A stretch of 64,000 nt of DNA from a virus (IMGVR_UViG_3300008050_007455:46-64045), one strand, 5' to 3'; numbered from the stretch's first letter, positions 1-9,053 are shown. A program made the numbers and translations. The notes: generated by a model not told the origin, from the sequence alone.

Positions 1-687
1 CATTAGTTCTTCAATAAATTTATTAATATCAGCTGGATTGCCAATATTCCAAATTCCTTCTTTAACTTCTTCTTTATCCCCTTTAGCTTCATAAGCTGCC
101 TTAACACTTTCTAATGTTGGTAAAGCACCACCAAATTTTCTAGTATCATATCCAGGAGCACTTTCATTTAGTTGAGTTTTATTCAACTCCTTTGCTGCGG
201 CAGCAGCATCTTTATTGAATTGTTTTAGATGTTTATCTGCTGATTTAATATACATGCGATATTCTTTATCATCTTCAACATTATTTACACCAGGAACACC
301 TGCATCTTGTACGAGTTCTACTGCCATATATAATGGATCAACTAATTCATCATACTTGTCATCATTATCTACATTCCAAGCTTCCCAAGCTTGTGTAAGC
401 TTGTATAATCTATCTTCACCATGATCAACGTGGGCTCCTATACTTAATCTAAATAACTTATCAAGTTGACTATCTACTTTACCCTCAGCTAATTTCAATT
501 GATTCTCATCATACTCAACTTCTTCACCATCTGCTTTCTTAACTGTGTAAGCATTTATATCGGATCCAAACATTCTACGTGTTTTAGTAATTTCCATATC
601 TTCACCACCAGATGTCATAGTTACTTTATCTCCAACTTTAAATTGGGATTCGTAGAGAAATTCTCTAAAATTATTTAATTCTTTCAT
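1..687 (-). CDS. Partial hypothetical protein (runs off left edge); possible virion internal/head protein
   Basis: Not in the ORF track; manual translation from ATG at 687: MKELNNFREFLYESQFKVGDKVTMTSGGEDMEIT..., open to position 1; ATATGTATA motif upstream (705-714). Confidence 0.8.
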   Translation of the reverse strand, partial: MKELNNFREFLYESQFKVGDKVTMTSGGEDMEITKTRRMFGSDINAYTVKKADGEEVEYDENQLKLAEGKVDSQLDKLFRLSIGAHVDHGEDRLYKLTQAWEAWNVDNDDKYDELVDPLYMAVELVQDAGVPGVNNVEDDKEYRMYIKSADKHLKQFNKDAAAAAKELNKTQLNESAPGYDTRKFGGALPTLESVKAAYEAKGDKEEVKEGIWNIGNPADINKFIEELM

Positions 688-688
688 C

Positions 689-1180
689 TTATTTGATTGT
701 TTTATTATACATATCGGAAAATACATCAAGTGGCACTCTATGCCCCATTGTTTTAACATGATGTACCTCATACTTCACATACCTATCTCTAACATGATCT
801 TTAAGCCAATCTAACGTTCGTTTACCACTAATAACGGTGTCTTTCTCACCAATTATAACATTAAGATCATCAGGAATGTGGGCATTTACAAATTCAGGGA
901 AATTAGGCTCTAATGTTCTAGAATGTAAAGCAGGATTGAAAGCAACAACTGGAATTTTATAAAGCGCACCTAAAACAAATGCTGAATATCCACCCATTGA
1001 AGATCCAACTATTACATCAGGTTTAAATTCCTCAACTGTGCTAATTAAAAATGAAAAGATATCGCTTCGTGTATAATCTAATTCAGGAGCATGAACAAAT
1101 GAATTTCTTGCAAGGAAGTCAACTTTTTCTCCACCTTGACCACTTTCTAATCCATGCAAATATAATATTTTTTTCTTCAT
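689..1180 (-). CDS. Alpha/beta-hydrolase, YqiA/UPF0227-like esterase
   Basis: LYLHGLES N-terminal motif, GSSMGG nucleophile elbow, NPA motif, C-terminal Asp (EKD) and His (MGHR). Confidence 0.85.
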   Translation of the reverse strand: MKKKILYLHGLESGQGGEKVDFLARNSFVHAPELDYTRSDIFSFLISTVEEFKPDVIVGSSMGGYSAFVLGALYKIPVVAFNPALHSRTLEPNFPEFVNAHIPDDLNVIIGEKDTVISGKRTLDWLKDHVRDRYVKYEVHHVKTMGHRVPLDVFSDMYNKTIK

Positions 1181-1205
1181 AACTGTTTTATTGGGCTTGC
1201 ACCCG

Positions 1206-1247
1206 ATTTACGTCGTAAATATACGAATAATTTCCTGCTTTTCCAAA
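1206..1247 (-). promoter_or_regulatory. Class I (host-sigma-type) promoter with ATTTAC-N3-GTAAAT dyad
   Basis: Minus strand TTTGGAAAAGC...TTCGTATATTTACGACGTAAAT; 17-nt TGG-to-CGTAT spacer. Confidence 0.75.
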
Positions 1248-1263
1248 CTTCTTCGTAGGGATG

Positions 1264-2439
1264 TTACCAATGTGTTTTATATTGGCTATGATACCACAAT
1301 ATTTCAGCTTGAGTGGCATTCAAGTTACCATCCCATATTCTAAACATATTCATATCCCCATCATAATGATATCCACTTGATCCTAATCCACCTATTGTAA
1401 AATCAGCACCAACCTCTCCATATATTGAGCTATTTATTCCATTACTCCATCCAGCCTGACTCCAACCACCACTATTTCCACACCACAAATATGCTGTTTG
1501 TGACTGATAATCTATGGCTAAGGTGGAGTGATTGGGAAGCATGCAATCTGGAGATGTTGCTTGTATTTTAGAGGAAAAATCCCACTCAGTGCCTGCGGGG
1601 TTTTGTCTAAAAAACACACTATTTTCAGTTTGAAAGACATAATTATTATAATTAGTAGCATCTGTAACCTTACCAAGCCACTCATAAGTACATTTAGAAT
1701 TAGTTGTTTCTATATCATTTTGAATCTGAATTTTATTTTGCTTCTGCATGGGAAAAACCCCACAATATGGTGCAGAAGCATCAGCATTCCAAGCAGTCCA
1801 TGCAGGTTCAGTTACTGCACTTATTATTGTTCCAGTATTTCCATTTCCACTTAAATCAAATACTTCTCCTTCTTCACTTGCCCAACATTCTTCCATTTCA
1901 AATTCATAACTTAAGAGACAACTTTGTGTAAGGGGAGGGAGATTATCTCTCCTCCAAATCCAAAATCCATTTTTATATGTCTCCTGTACTAGTTGATCTC
2001 TTGAGTATGTGTCAGAAGAATAGGAATTACCATTTATTTGATTAAATGGTAAAGAATTAATAACTCCAAATAAATCATCATCATCTTCAAAATCCTGCCC
2101 ACACCACCAAGCTGGATTTGTATTATCTAAACTAGCATCATTAGAAATCCCAAGTGTTTCAGTTGTTCCCATTACAGCCCAAGGAGAATCACCTCCTCCT
2201 CCATCAGCTGGAGTTGCCCACTGAAACTCTGGCTCACCTTCTGATAAGGAAATTGTATAAGCACCAGGTACTCTCCATCTAGAAGTAGATAAAGCAGAGT
2301 AAGAATCACCAGGATCCCCATTACTATTAACTACTTGACATATACGGAAGCCATCAAAATAATTATAATACCCGCTTCCAACTGTATCATCATACCACCC
2401 CATTCCATAAGTATAAAATCCTAAAGGTTTATTTATCAT
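1264..2439 (-). CDS. LamG/concanavalin-A-like domain protein (putative virion decoration/receptor-binding protein)
   Basis: DLSGNGNTGT and C-terminal IGG...YDGDMNMFRIWDGNLNATQAEILW LamG signature; ATATTTATA motif upstream. Confidence 0.65.
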   Translation of the reverse strand: MINKPLGFYTYGMGWYDDTVGSGYYNYFDGFRICQVVNSNGDPGDSYSALSTSRWRVPGAYTISLSEGEPEFQWATPADGGGGDSPWAVMGTTETLGISNDASLDNTNPAWWCGQDFEDDDDLFGVINSLPFNQINGNSYSSDTYSRDQLVQETYKNGFWIWRRDNLPPLTQSCLLSYEFEMEECWASEEGEVFDLSGNGNTGTIISAVTEPAWTAWNADASAPYCGVFPMQKQNKIQIQNDIETTNSKCTYEWLGKVTDATNYNNYVFQTENSVFFRQNPAGTEWDFSSKIQATSPDCMLPNHSTLAIDYQSQTAYLWCGNSGGWSQAGWSNGINSSIYGEVGADFTIGGLGSSGYHYDGDMNMFRIWDGNLNATQAEILWYHSQYKTHW

Positions 2440-2471
2440 TATTTTGGTTATAAATATGGAGCCTACAAAAC

Positions 2472-2678
2472 TTACTCCCAGTCTTCCTCAAGACGTGGGC
2501 GCTTCTTCAGAAGCCTCTTCTTTTTTTGGGGTTCTTTTGGGGCTATCAAAGGCTCTCCACATTCTATGCATGTGTAGATATCAGTCTCCCAATTTAATTT
2601 AAATTCTTCAGCACCGCATTTAAGGCAGGGGTGGAAGGGATCCTCCGTCATCCAATCCCGATAATCAACTTTCGACAT
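2472..2678 (-). CDS. Small Zn-ribbon protein
   Basis: CLKC...CIEC pairs, basic then acidic tail; start taken at MSKVDY. Confidence 0.6.
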   Translation of the reverse strand: MSKVDYRDWMTEDPFHPCLKCGAEEFKLNWETDIYTCIECGEPLIAPKEPQKKKRLLKKRPRLEEDWE

Positions 2679-2892
2679 TTTCTTCAATTACTTCCGCTTC
2701 GGGAATGGTTTCACACATTAGAAAGTGTGTTGGGGTTCTTAAGACATGATCGCATCCGAGGTAATCGCGGTATGCTTCTAGTAGTCTCATATTTAATCTA
2801 TTTTCACCTTTTTGCTCAAAGGTATGAATAGGAGTCTCACGTTTAACAATGTAAGCTCTATCATTTACATATTTAATATAATCCAATATCAT
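2665..2892 (-). CDS. Hypothetical protein
   Basis: ORF tightly packed with neighbours, ATACGTATA motif upstream. Confidence 0.65.
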   Translation of the reverse strand: MILDYIKYVNDRAYIVKRETPIHTFEQKGENRLNMRLLEAYRDYLGCDHVLRTPTHFLMCETIPEAEVIEENVES

Positions 2893-2942
2893 TGTATATA
2901 CGTATTAACTGGATATTATTTGTATAAAAGCCTTTTTGATTT

Positions 2943-3293
2943 TTATTTCCATAATACTTGGATGCAAATTAAGATTAATGATATACCTAAACTAATTATT
3001 GTTTTTGGAGATAATGTTTCACCGAAATAATAATTAACTCCAATAGCATAAATTATCATTCCAACCCCAAATCCAACAAATCTAGCAGGCCAAAGCAAAC
3101 CCTCAAATGCATTAACAGTATATTTAGTCCCCCAAATATAAAATAATGATAGAATTATACCCGCTGCTGCTACTAGTAATTCATTTTTCCTAAACCAATC
3201 AATTTTAAAGAATTGACCATTTAATTGAAAGAATGTTAGTATGTGAGCCATACTAAACATAAATATCCCAATTAGCATATCCTTATACAACAT
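2943..3293 (-). CDS. Small 4-TM membrane protein (SMR/DMT-like topology)
   Basis: Four hydrophobic segments; C-terminal FGETLSPKTIISLGISLILI resembles the DMT/EamA end. Confidence 0.6.
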   Translation of the reverse strand: MLYKDMLIGIFMFSMAHILTFFQLNGQFFKIDWFRKNELLVAAAGIILSLFYIWGTKYTVNAFEGLLWPARFVGFGVGMIIYAIGVNYYFGETLSPKTIISLGISLILICIQVLWK

Positions 3294-3296
3294 ATA

Positions 3297-3431
3297 TTAA
3301 ATTTTATTGAATTGAATTCTATGAATTAATTCTTCAAGATGTTGCATTGCTTCACGATTGCTATGATCTTCAACTAATTGAAGAATCAAACTTAACTTAT
3401 TGTATAGTTTTTCTTTTTCGTTTTTATCCAT
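3297..3431 (-). CDS. Small hypothetical protein (44 aa)
   Basis: Manual: MDKNEKEKLYNKLSLILQLVEDHSNREAMQHLEELIHRIQFNKI; fills the gap between two genes exactly. Confidence 0.6.
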   Translation of the reverse strand: MDKNEKEKLYNKLSLILQLVEDHSNREAMQHLEELIHRIQFNKI

Positions 3432-3646
3432 TATAATTTATTATTAAAATAATCAACTAAAAAGTCACTTGGGTAAGTGTAAATTTCACCCGTATAATAA
3501 CTTTCATTTAATTGTCTAACTTTATTTTTAACTCCTGCTTTAAAAGCTGCATAGGCTACTTTTGTACCTAATTCACCACCTGCGGCATGACCTAAATGAT
3601 CAAATAGTGAAATATACTCACCTGTGTATTGTTTTGTAGTTTCCAT
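3431..3646 (-). CDS. Hypothetical protein
   Basis: ORF in packed early operon. Confidence 0.65.
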   Translation of the reverse strand: METTKQYTGEYISLFDHLGHAAGGELGTKVAYAAFKAGVKNKVRQLNESYYTGEIYTYPSDFLVDYFNNKL

Positions 3647-3647
3647 A

Positions 3648-4022
3648 TTATGAATTATATATTTCTGCTTCTAGTTCGTCTAGATCCAATTCGTAAATAT
3701 CTTCTTCAGCTTCTTCTTCAGCTAATCTATCTGCTTCTAAGTCATCTCTCCAAGCAATTTCAGGAAGTAAACCTGCATTTTCTACTAAGGACCATATTCG
3801 TTCTTTCCACAAATCCATCTTTACACCTTCAATAACACAATCCCAACCAAATTGGTGTGTATATTCACCAATAATATCAATAAATTCACGTGTTAACACG
3901 TCTAATTCACCATCAACTTGGAAATTGGTACCATACTTGTCAGAACCATTTGTGTCTTTTTCATACATTTCTTTAACTTCTAACCATTTAGGAGTTAAAA
4001 ATGATTTTTTTACTTTTGCCAT
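3648..4022 (-). CDS. Hypothetical acidic protein
   Basis: ORF; very acidic C-terminus EEEAEEDIYELDLDELEAEIYNS. Confidence 0.7.
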   Translation of the reverse strand: MAKVKKSFLTPKWLEVKEMYEKDTNGSDKYGTNFQVDGELDVLTREFIDIIGEYTHQFGWDCVIEGVKMDLWKERIWSLVENAGLLPEIAWRDDLEADRLAEEEAEEDIYELDLDELEAEIYNS

Positions 4023-4036
4023 AAATTTTATTTATT

Positions 4037-4336
4037 TTAATTAATATATTCTGCTTCTCTTCCACAATCAGGACATTCTTCATCCCCATATAATTCCATC
4101 TCATCACAGTTGTTACAATCTACTGTTTCATATTCTTTACTGGTGTCAATATCGTCTAATGCTTCTATTGCTTCTTCCATTAATTCTTTCATCTCAACCA
4201 CCATATTCTTTAATTCTGAGGATCTAACACAATTATTAATTTCGTATTTATAGCTATCTAAAGATTCAATTTTACTAACCACATCTTTTAGTTCTGGGAT
4301 ACAACCCCAACCATCTTCTTTGGTTTTAATTATCAT
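4037..4336 (-). CDS. Hypothetical protein with C-terminal Zn ribbon
   Basis: CNNC...CPDC. Confidence 0.65.
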   Translation of the reverse strand: MIIKTKEDGWGCIPELKDVVSKIESLDSYKYEINNCVRSSELKNMVVEMKELMEEAIEALDDIDTSKEYETVDCNNCDEMELYGDEECPDCGREAEYIN

Positions 4337-4523
4337 TGTCTTCTTTTTTAATTATTACTTCTAGATTATTACCATCAAATTGAATACCAACAACTTCATG
4401 TCCGTTATCAATTTCTATTTTTTTAAGGAATTTATTTAAGTCAAATGACCTAAACATAAGACCACCTAATGCTTTACCATCAAATCCATCTTTCCAAAAT
4501 ACTTTTTCTTCAAATTTATTCAT
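4326..4523 (-). CDS. Hypothetical protein
   Basis: ORF in packed operon; start taken at MNKFEE. Confidence 0.6.
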   Translation of the reverse strand: MNKFEEKVFWKDGFDGKALGGLMFRSFDLNKFLKKIEIDNGHEVVGIQFDGNNLEVIIKKEDNDN

Positions 4524-4534
4524 AATATTATTTT

Positions 4535-4792
4535 TTAATCCCATTCACTTAAATTAATATCTCTATTTTCAAGCCCACACCTTAATGCTGTAATGATATC
4601 ACAATGGTAATTAATATGATTACCATCCTTAACCATTATAGTATTATGATCTAAAGCACCATCAAACTTTCCAACATTTATATCAGGAAATAGTTGAAGA
4701 ATCTTATCAATTTCTTCAATTATAAAACCCTCCTCATATTTGGTTGGAAAATTATTAACTAAACCTTCTAAACTTCCACTATAATTACTCAT
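4535..4792 (-). CDS. Hypothetical protein
   Basis: ORF in packed operon. Confidence 0.65.
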   Translation of the reverse strand: MSNYSGSLEGLVNNFPTKYEEGFIIEEIDKILQLFPDINVGKFDGALDHNTIMVKDGNHINYHCDIITALRCGLENRDINLSEWD

Positions 4793-4799
4793 GATTATT

Positions 4800-4985
4800 T
4801 TATTTATTTTTTATACACATGAATGAACCAACACCCAAGAAAATAGCACACATAAATGTACCCATTTCATTTAATGGATCTGAAAAGTGAATATATTGTT
4901 GGGCTATACCAGCTACAATAAGATATGCTACTCCTAATGACACCAAACCTCCAATAACTGCTTTATAATTTATTGATTTTAACAT
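4800..4985 (-). CDS. Small 2-TM membrane protein
   Basis: Two hydrophobic helices. Confidence 0.6.
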   Translation of the reverse strand: MLKSINYKAVIGGLVSLGVAYLIVAGIAQQYIHFSDPLNEMGTFMCAIFLGVGSFMCIKNK

Positions 4986-4996
4986 AACTTTTATTT

Positions 4997-5182
4997 TTAT
5001 GAATTAGTTCTTGAAAACTTCCCATTATATTGATACATTATTCCTAATGTTGGGTGTTTAATATTATTACCATACTCTACAAGTTCTTCTAATTTTTTAG
5101 ACATTGATTGAACTTTTAATGCTGTAACAAATACAACTTCATTTATTACTTTTGAATTGGATGGATTTAAATTGATTTTCAT
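4997..5182 (-). CDS. Hypothetical protein, first gene after a strong promoter
   Basis: ORF with GGTTATATG start context. Confidence 0.6.
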   Translation of the reverse strand: MKINLNPSNSKVINEVVFVTALKVQSMSKKLEELVEYGNNIKHPTLGIMYQYNGKFSRTNS

Positions 5183-5226
5183 ATAACCTTTATTAATTTA
5201 TTTGTGTTCTATTGGCTTCATGCCTC

Positions 5227-5268
5227 ATTTACCCCGTAAATATACGAACTATTTTTTGCTTCTCCAAA
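5227..5268 (-). promoter_or_regulatory. Class I promoter with ATTTAC-N3-GTAAAT dyad
   Basis: TTTGGAGAAGC...TTCGTATATTTACGGGGTAAAT. Confidence 0.75.
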
Positions 5269-5271
5269 TTT

Positions 5272-5670
5272 TTACGCAAATATCTTCCAATTTTCTTCTT
5301 CTTCTTTTGCTAGCACTTCATAGGGGTGGGTATTATAATCATATCCTATATTATAATATCGTTTCATCCATGAGGGTGATTGTAAATAATGTTGGTATTC
5401 ATGTATTAAAGACCTAATAATTGTTTCTTTATCAATCATTTTAGGCCAATAAATTACAATAGTATTATCATCCTTATCATATTCAGCATCAGGGTTACAT
5501 TCTGTTTCTGATAGAATATCTTGGTCATAATCAATACCGCTAAGTCTTATATAAATGTTGTGGTGAAGTTCAATATAAGGAGTACAATTATGGTATTTTG
5601 AATTACCATAATATTTTTCTATTTTTGGGTAAGTTTTATTTATTATAGATTGTATCCTCTCTTTATTCAT
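5272..5670 (-). CDS. Zincin-like metallopeptidase domain protein
   Basis: LIHEYQHYLQ (HExxH) plus downstream HPYEVLA third-ligand motif. Confidence 0.7.
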   Translation of the reverse strand: MNKERIQSIINKTYPKIEKYYGNSKYHNCTPYIELHHNIYIRLSGIDYDQDILSETECNPDAEYDKDDNTIVIYWPKMIDKETIIRSLIHEYQHYLQSPSWMKRYYNIGYDYNTHPYEVLAKEEEENWKIFA

Positions 5671-5674
5671 GGTA

Positions 5675-5706
5675 TGAATATACGAATGATTTTTTGCTTC
5701 TCCAAA
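5675..5706 (-). promoter_or_regulatory. Class I promoter (near-leaderless transcript)
   Basis: TTTGGAGAAGC...TTCGTATATTCA only a few nt before ATG at 5670. Confidence 0.7.
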
Positions 5707-5716
5707 TTTTTTACAT

Positions 5717-5741
5717 AAAAAAGAGGCACCGATGGTGCCTC
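5717..5741 (-). terminator. Rho-independent terminator
   Basis: GAGGCACC-N3-GGTGCCTC perfect 8-bp stem followed by T6 on the minus strand. Confidence 0.85.
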
Positions 5742-5770
5742 AATTTTAGGATCAGGGGTGAAAAATAATA

Positions 5771-6397
5771 CTAGAGATCCATTTTATCTGCTATATAATT
5801 ATTAAAATCTTCCTTAAAATCATCTTCACTAAAGTCAATATAATCATCAACTCCGTTTAATCTAATGGCATTAACTAATGATTTTACATACAATGTCCAT
5901 TGGTCATCTATTGCACTGCTTTCAGTAATAAATTGATTCCATTTTGTATTATAGTTTTCATCTAATTCTCCTTTTTTACTTTCATCAATAGGACCAAACA
6001 TGCCAGTAGCTGATGTCATTTGGTTTGCTATTTGATCCATCATACTTCTGATACCAGTATTTTTTATTTGGACCCAATCTCCATCACCTTCCCACCAAAT
6101 ATAACCATAATCACCACCATATTCATCTACTTTACCAGCCATTTCTTCTAATGCATCTTCCCACTCACCATCTAATCTTATTTTATTAGCTGGTTCATCA
6201 TATTTTGAATGTATTTCCCCATCTTCATCTACAGATGAGATATATCCTGTGTTTGCTATTTTTTTAGCTGTATCTTCAGTATCATAATGGTTAAGTAATG
6301 TTTTACCTAAACCTTCTGGGTAACCATCGTAGTGGTTGTATGTGCAAGTGAAGTTTCTATCTTCATCTAAATAGCCTATAAGTGCTCGAGTTGCCAT
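5771..6397 (-). CDS. Conserved phage protein (YxHxDGYP family)
   Basis: MATRALIG...YNHYDGYPEGLGKTLLNHY, a motif common in phage hypothetical proteins. Confidence 0.75.
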   Translation of the reverse strand: MATRALIGYLDEDRNFTCTYNHYDGYPEGLGKTLLNHYDTEDTAKKIANTGYISSVDEDGEIHSKYDEPANKIRLDGEWEDALEEMAGKVDEYGGDYGYIWWEGDGDWVQIKNTGIRSMMDQIANQMTSATGMFGPIDESKKGELDENYNTKWNQFITESSAIDDQWTLYVKSLVNAIRLNGVDDYIDFSEDDFKEDFNNYIADKMDL

Positions 6398-6427
6398 TGT
6401 GTTTAATTTTTTATTCGTTGATAAATA

Positions 6428-6844
6428 TTACAAACTATATTCTAATTGCCATTTTTCAATAAAACTTTCACCTACCCCTAAATGTAGTATAATAGCCCGG
6501 TCAGGAACGCCTGGAAGTTTTTTAGCTGATATAATATAATCTACATTTTCATTCCTCCAAATTTTCATTTTGGTTTTAGCATTTGAACGTTTTGACGTTT
6601 TAAAAACCATAACTACTGGCATTTTATTGTATGACTTACCTTTTTGTGGTTTATCTATTTTTTGTTTTTTTTCATTAGGTCCTGGAAAATGTTCTACTTT
6701 AAAAGGTCCATTTTTATTTATGGATTCATCAAAATGCCACAATGCTCTACCACCTAATTCTGGTTTTGATGGCACATCGATAAATTCTAGAACATACTTT
6801 GTTTTACGTTCTGTTTGCTCTGATGGTCTACCCCTGTTGCTCAT
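6428..6844 (-). CDS. Hypothetical basic protein
   Basis: N-terminal RGRP (AT-hook-like) motif; coupled to upstream gene. Confidence 0.65.
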   Translation of the reverse strand: MSNRGRPSEQTERKTKYVLEFIDVPSKPELGGRALWHFDESINKNGPFKVEHFPGPNEKKQKIDKPQKGKSYNKMPVVMVFKTSKRSNAKTKMKIWRNENVDYIISAKKLPGVPDRAIILHLGVGESFIEKWQLEYSL

Positions 6845-7271
6845 TTCTCATTTGTTTTACATGTTTACAATTTCCTCTAGTCCTCCAAGTACCAGGACAA
6901 TCACAATGACATCTACCTGAATCTGGGTAGTATTTTGTAGTATATTCATCGTCACCACTACTACTTTTATTAATTTTAACTATAGTTTTAGATTTAGTTA
7001 TTTTAACTTTTGGTCTAACCCATTGAATATCATTTAAAGTAGTATTTGGATCAACTTCTTTCCATGTTGGTACAATATATTTTTTACCATTTGATACTAT
7101 CAATGCCGGAGGAATTAATTCGTGTTTATGCTCATATCTAAACCTTTGAACATTAACAAATGGACCAAAACCTTTAGGATTAAACCCAAAAGCTTCACCA
7201 TCAGGTCTATAAATAATCCTAGATCTTGGGTTTCCGTATTTATTTAAATTTGTGAATTTCCAGAGTGCCAT
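6828..7271 (-). CDS. SWIM zinc-finger protein
   Basis: C-terminal CDCPGTWRTRGNCKH = CxC-x(n)-CxH. Confidence 0.75.
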   Translation of the reverse strand: MALWKFTNLNKYGNPRSRIIYRPDGEAFGFNPKGFGPFVNVQRFRYEHKHELIPPALIVSNGKKYIVPTWKEVDPNTTLNDIQWVRPKVKITKSKTIVKINKSSSGDDEYTTKYYPDSGRCHCDCPGTWRTRGNCKHVKQMRNEQQG

Positions 7272-7284
7272 ATGCTTTACCTTT

Positions 7285-7325
7285 ATTTATACGTAAATAT
7301 ACGAATCCTCTCTCGCTTCTCCAAA
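7285..7325 (-). promoter_or_regulatory. Class I promoter
   Basis: TTTGGAGAAGCG...TTCGTATATTTACGTATAAAT. Confidence 0.75.
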
Positions 7326-7328
7326 CAT

Positions 7329-8075
7329 CTATGCGGGAGTCTTTACTCCTCGTTTACTAACGACTTTAGATGCTATTTTATTAGCATATCTAATAGCGTT
7401 TGGAACTGATGGGGATGTTGCATATGATATAGCAAATGCAGCTGTAAATGTATCTCCAGCACCACTAACATCAATTGTTTCTTGTGGATTATCAGATGGA
7501 AATCTTTCTCCCATATACATTGAGCCTTTAGATCCTAAAGTTACAATAATATTACTGGGGTTTACTGTTGGTTGATTTTCCCATTCTTCTTCATTTAATT
7601 TAACAAAATTAAAAGAATTTATAATTCTATCTGTAAGTTTACGTTTGCTATCTAAGATTGATAATTTTGAATATGTAGCAATTTTTATTAAATCCCTGTC
7701 TGTTAAGTATCCTTTATCATAATCGCTTACAATAACAATATCAGCTTCTTTTAAAAAATAGATATAATCATCATTCCATTCAAAGCATTCAATATTATCA
7801 TCACCTTCATCAACCCTTAAAAACATATGGTTTGTTTTCTTTTCTACATACCTTGTTTTTGTTATTTGTTTTAAATTTGAAAAGTGAATAACTTGTGAGT
7901 CTGGTGATAATGCTTTAATATTAGCACAAGTATTACCCGACATGCCCTGGTTTTTTTCAGTATGGGTTGGAATTAATACTGGGACTGGTGCTTCTGGGGA
8001 TAATCTATTTATATTACAGTATATAAATTTATCAACACAAGTCTCCCCTATTATAACGATTTTCATATTTTTCAT
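7329..8075 (-). CDS. PfkB-family kinase, HldE/RfaE heptose-7-phosphate kinase domain only
   Basis: RLSPEAPVPV, KTRY...RVD, VSDYDKG and DVSGAGDTF motifs. Confidence 0.85.
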   Translation of the reverse strand: MKNMKIVIIGETCVDKFIYCNINRLSPEAPVPVLIPTHTEKNQGMSGNTCANIKALSPDSQVIHFSNLKQITKTRYVEKKTNHMFLRVDEGDDNIECFEWNDDYIYFLKEADIVIVSDYDKGYLTDRDLIKIATYSKLSILDSKRKLTDRIINSFNFVKLNEEEWENQPTVNPSNIIVTLGSKGSMYMGERFPSDNPQETIDVSGAGDTFTAAFAISYATSPSVPNAIRYANKIASKVVSKRGVKTPA

Positions 8076-8196
8076 AACGTTCTTTTTCTAATTGTTGATC
8101 TAAACTTATTAACATACACATTTTTCTAAGTTGATCAGGATAATATAAGGACATTTCTAATAAAACATCTTCATCAAAATGTTTAAAATGATCCAT
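8032..8196 (-). CDS. Hypothetical protein
   Basis: ORF track 8032..8286; start at MDHFKH avoids overlap with 8211..8330. Confidence 0.45.
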   Translation of the reverse strand: MDHFKHFDEDVLLEMSLYYPDQLRKMCMLISLDQQLEKERYEKYENRYNRGDLC

Positions 8197-8210
8197 TTCT
8201 TTCTTCTTCT

Positions 8211-8330
8211 TTACTGTATTTTGTATAAAGGTTTGGTTTTCTTCTTTATCTTTAAACTTCCTCTTTTTATCATCCATAGTCTCCATTCTTTGGTTTGTTC
8301 TACCGTTTGTTGTATTGAATTCTTCGACAT
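8211..8330 (-). CDS. Small basic hypothetical protein (39 aa)
   Basis: Manual: MSKNSIQQTVEQTKEWRLWMIKRGSLKIKKKTKPLYKIQ. Confidence 0.4.
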   Translation of the reverse strand: MSKNSIQQTVEQTKEWRLWMIKRGSLKIKKKTKPLYKIQ

Positions 8331-8344
8331 AATCTCACTTCATT

Positions 8345-8482
8345 TTAGGTTTTGCCTTGTCCTCTATAGGCTTTTTTATAATTAACACTGTTTTTCATTT
8401 TTGATGTTTTAGTTTTAGCGTGAACACCAGGACGCTTTTTTCTTCTACTCCCCTTGTGGGTAAAAGATGCCATTTTAGCCAT
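8345..8482 (-). CDS. Small highly basic protein (KKxYRGQG family, 45 aa)
   Basis: Manual: MAKMASFTHKGSRRKKRPGVHAKTKTSKMKNSVNYKKAYRGQGKT. Confidence 0.75.
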   Translation of the reverse strand: MAKMASFTHKGSRRKKRPGVHAKTKTSKMKNSVNYKKAYRGQGKT

Positions 8483-8483
8483 T

Positions 8484-9053
8484 TTATTCGAATTTTTCTT
8501 TTAAGTTATTTATTTTAATTACATGCTGTAACGATGATACATATGCCGTGGCTTCAGCATATTGTTTATCTAACAACTTATATAACTGCTTTTCTGTTTT
8601 ACACTTATAAGCATAGGTTGAATACCATAAAGCATAATCCATTACTGATTCTTCCCAGTTATTGTAATAAGCATGTCCATATTGAGTTCCTTCAGCTAAA
8701 TTAAGTCTTACACGAGCTTCCTTCATACCAAATAAGTTATGATTTTCTACAAAAATTTTAGACTCATAATGTCCTGTTTCTAAAATTGACTGAGCTAATA
8801 TAATATGTGGAAATTTAAAATTTAATTTAGCAATTTTTTCTATTAATTTTTCCTCACTAAATTCATTAGCTTCCTCTATAATTAATATTTTCTCTGTTTC
8901 AGTAATAATTTCAGGATCTCTAGGGGCATGCGTTAATCCTAAAAAGGAAATTGTTAAAAAAAATATTAATGCTATTTTTAAGAAAACTATCCCATAATCT
9001 CGGGTTAGAGGTTCAAATTGTAGTTTATTTGAATTGTATTTAAAAAGTTTCAT
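8484..9053 (-). CDS. GH73 glucosaminidase (FlgJ-like peptidoglycan hydrolase) with N-terminal TM anchor
   Basis: AQSILETG, HNLFGMK, YA motif; hydrophobic segment near residues 22-42. Confidence 0.85.
   Translation of the reverse strand: MKLFKYNSNKLQFEPLTRDYGIVFLKIALIFFLTISFLGLTHAPRDPEIITETEKILIIEEANEFSEEKLIEKIAKLNFKFPHIILAQSILETGHYESKIFVENHNLFGMKEARVRLNLAEGTQYGHAYYNNWEESVMDYALWYSTYAYKCKTEKQLYKLLDKQYAEATAYVSSLQHVIKINNLKEKFE

Noticed and set aside
1206-7325. Repeated AAATATACGAA...GCTTCTCCAAA units as a CRISPR array
   Set aside because: Irregular, kilobase-scale spacing with genes in between; the pattern fits promoters
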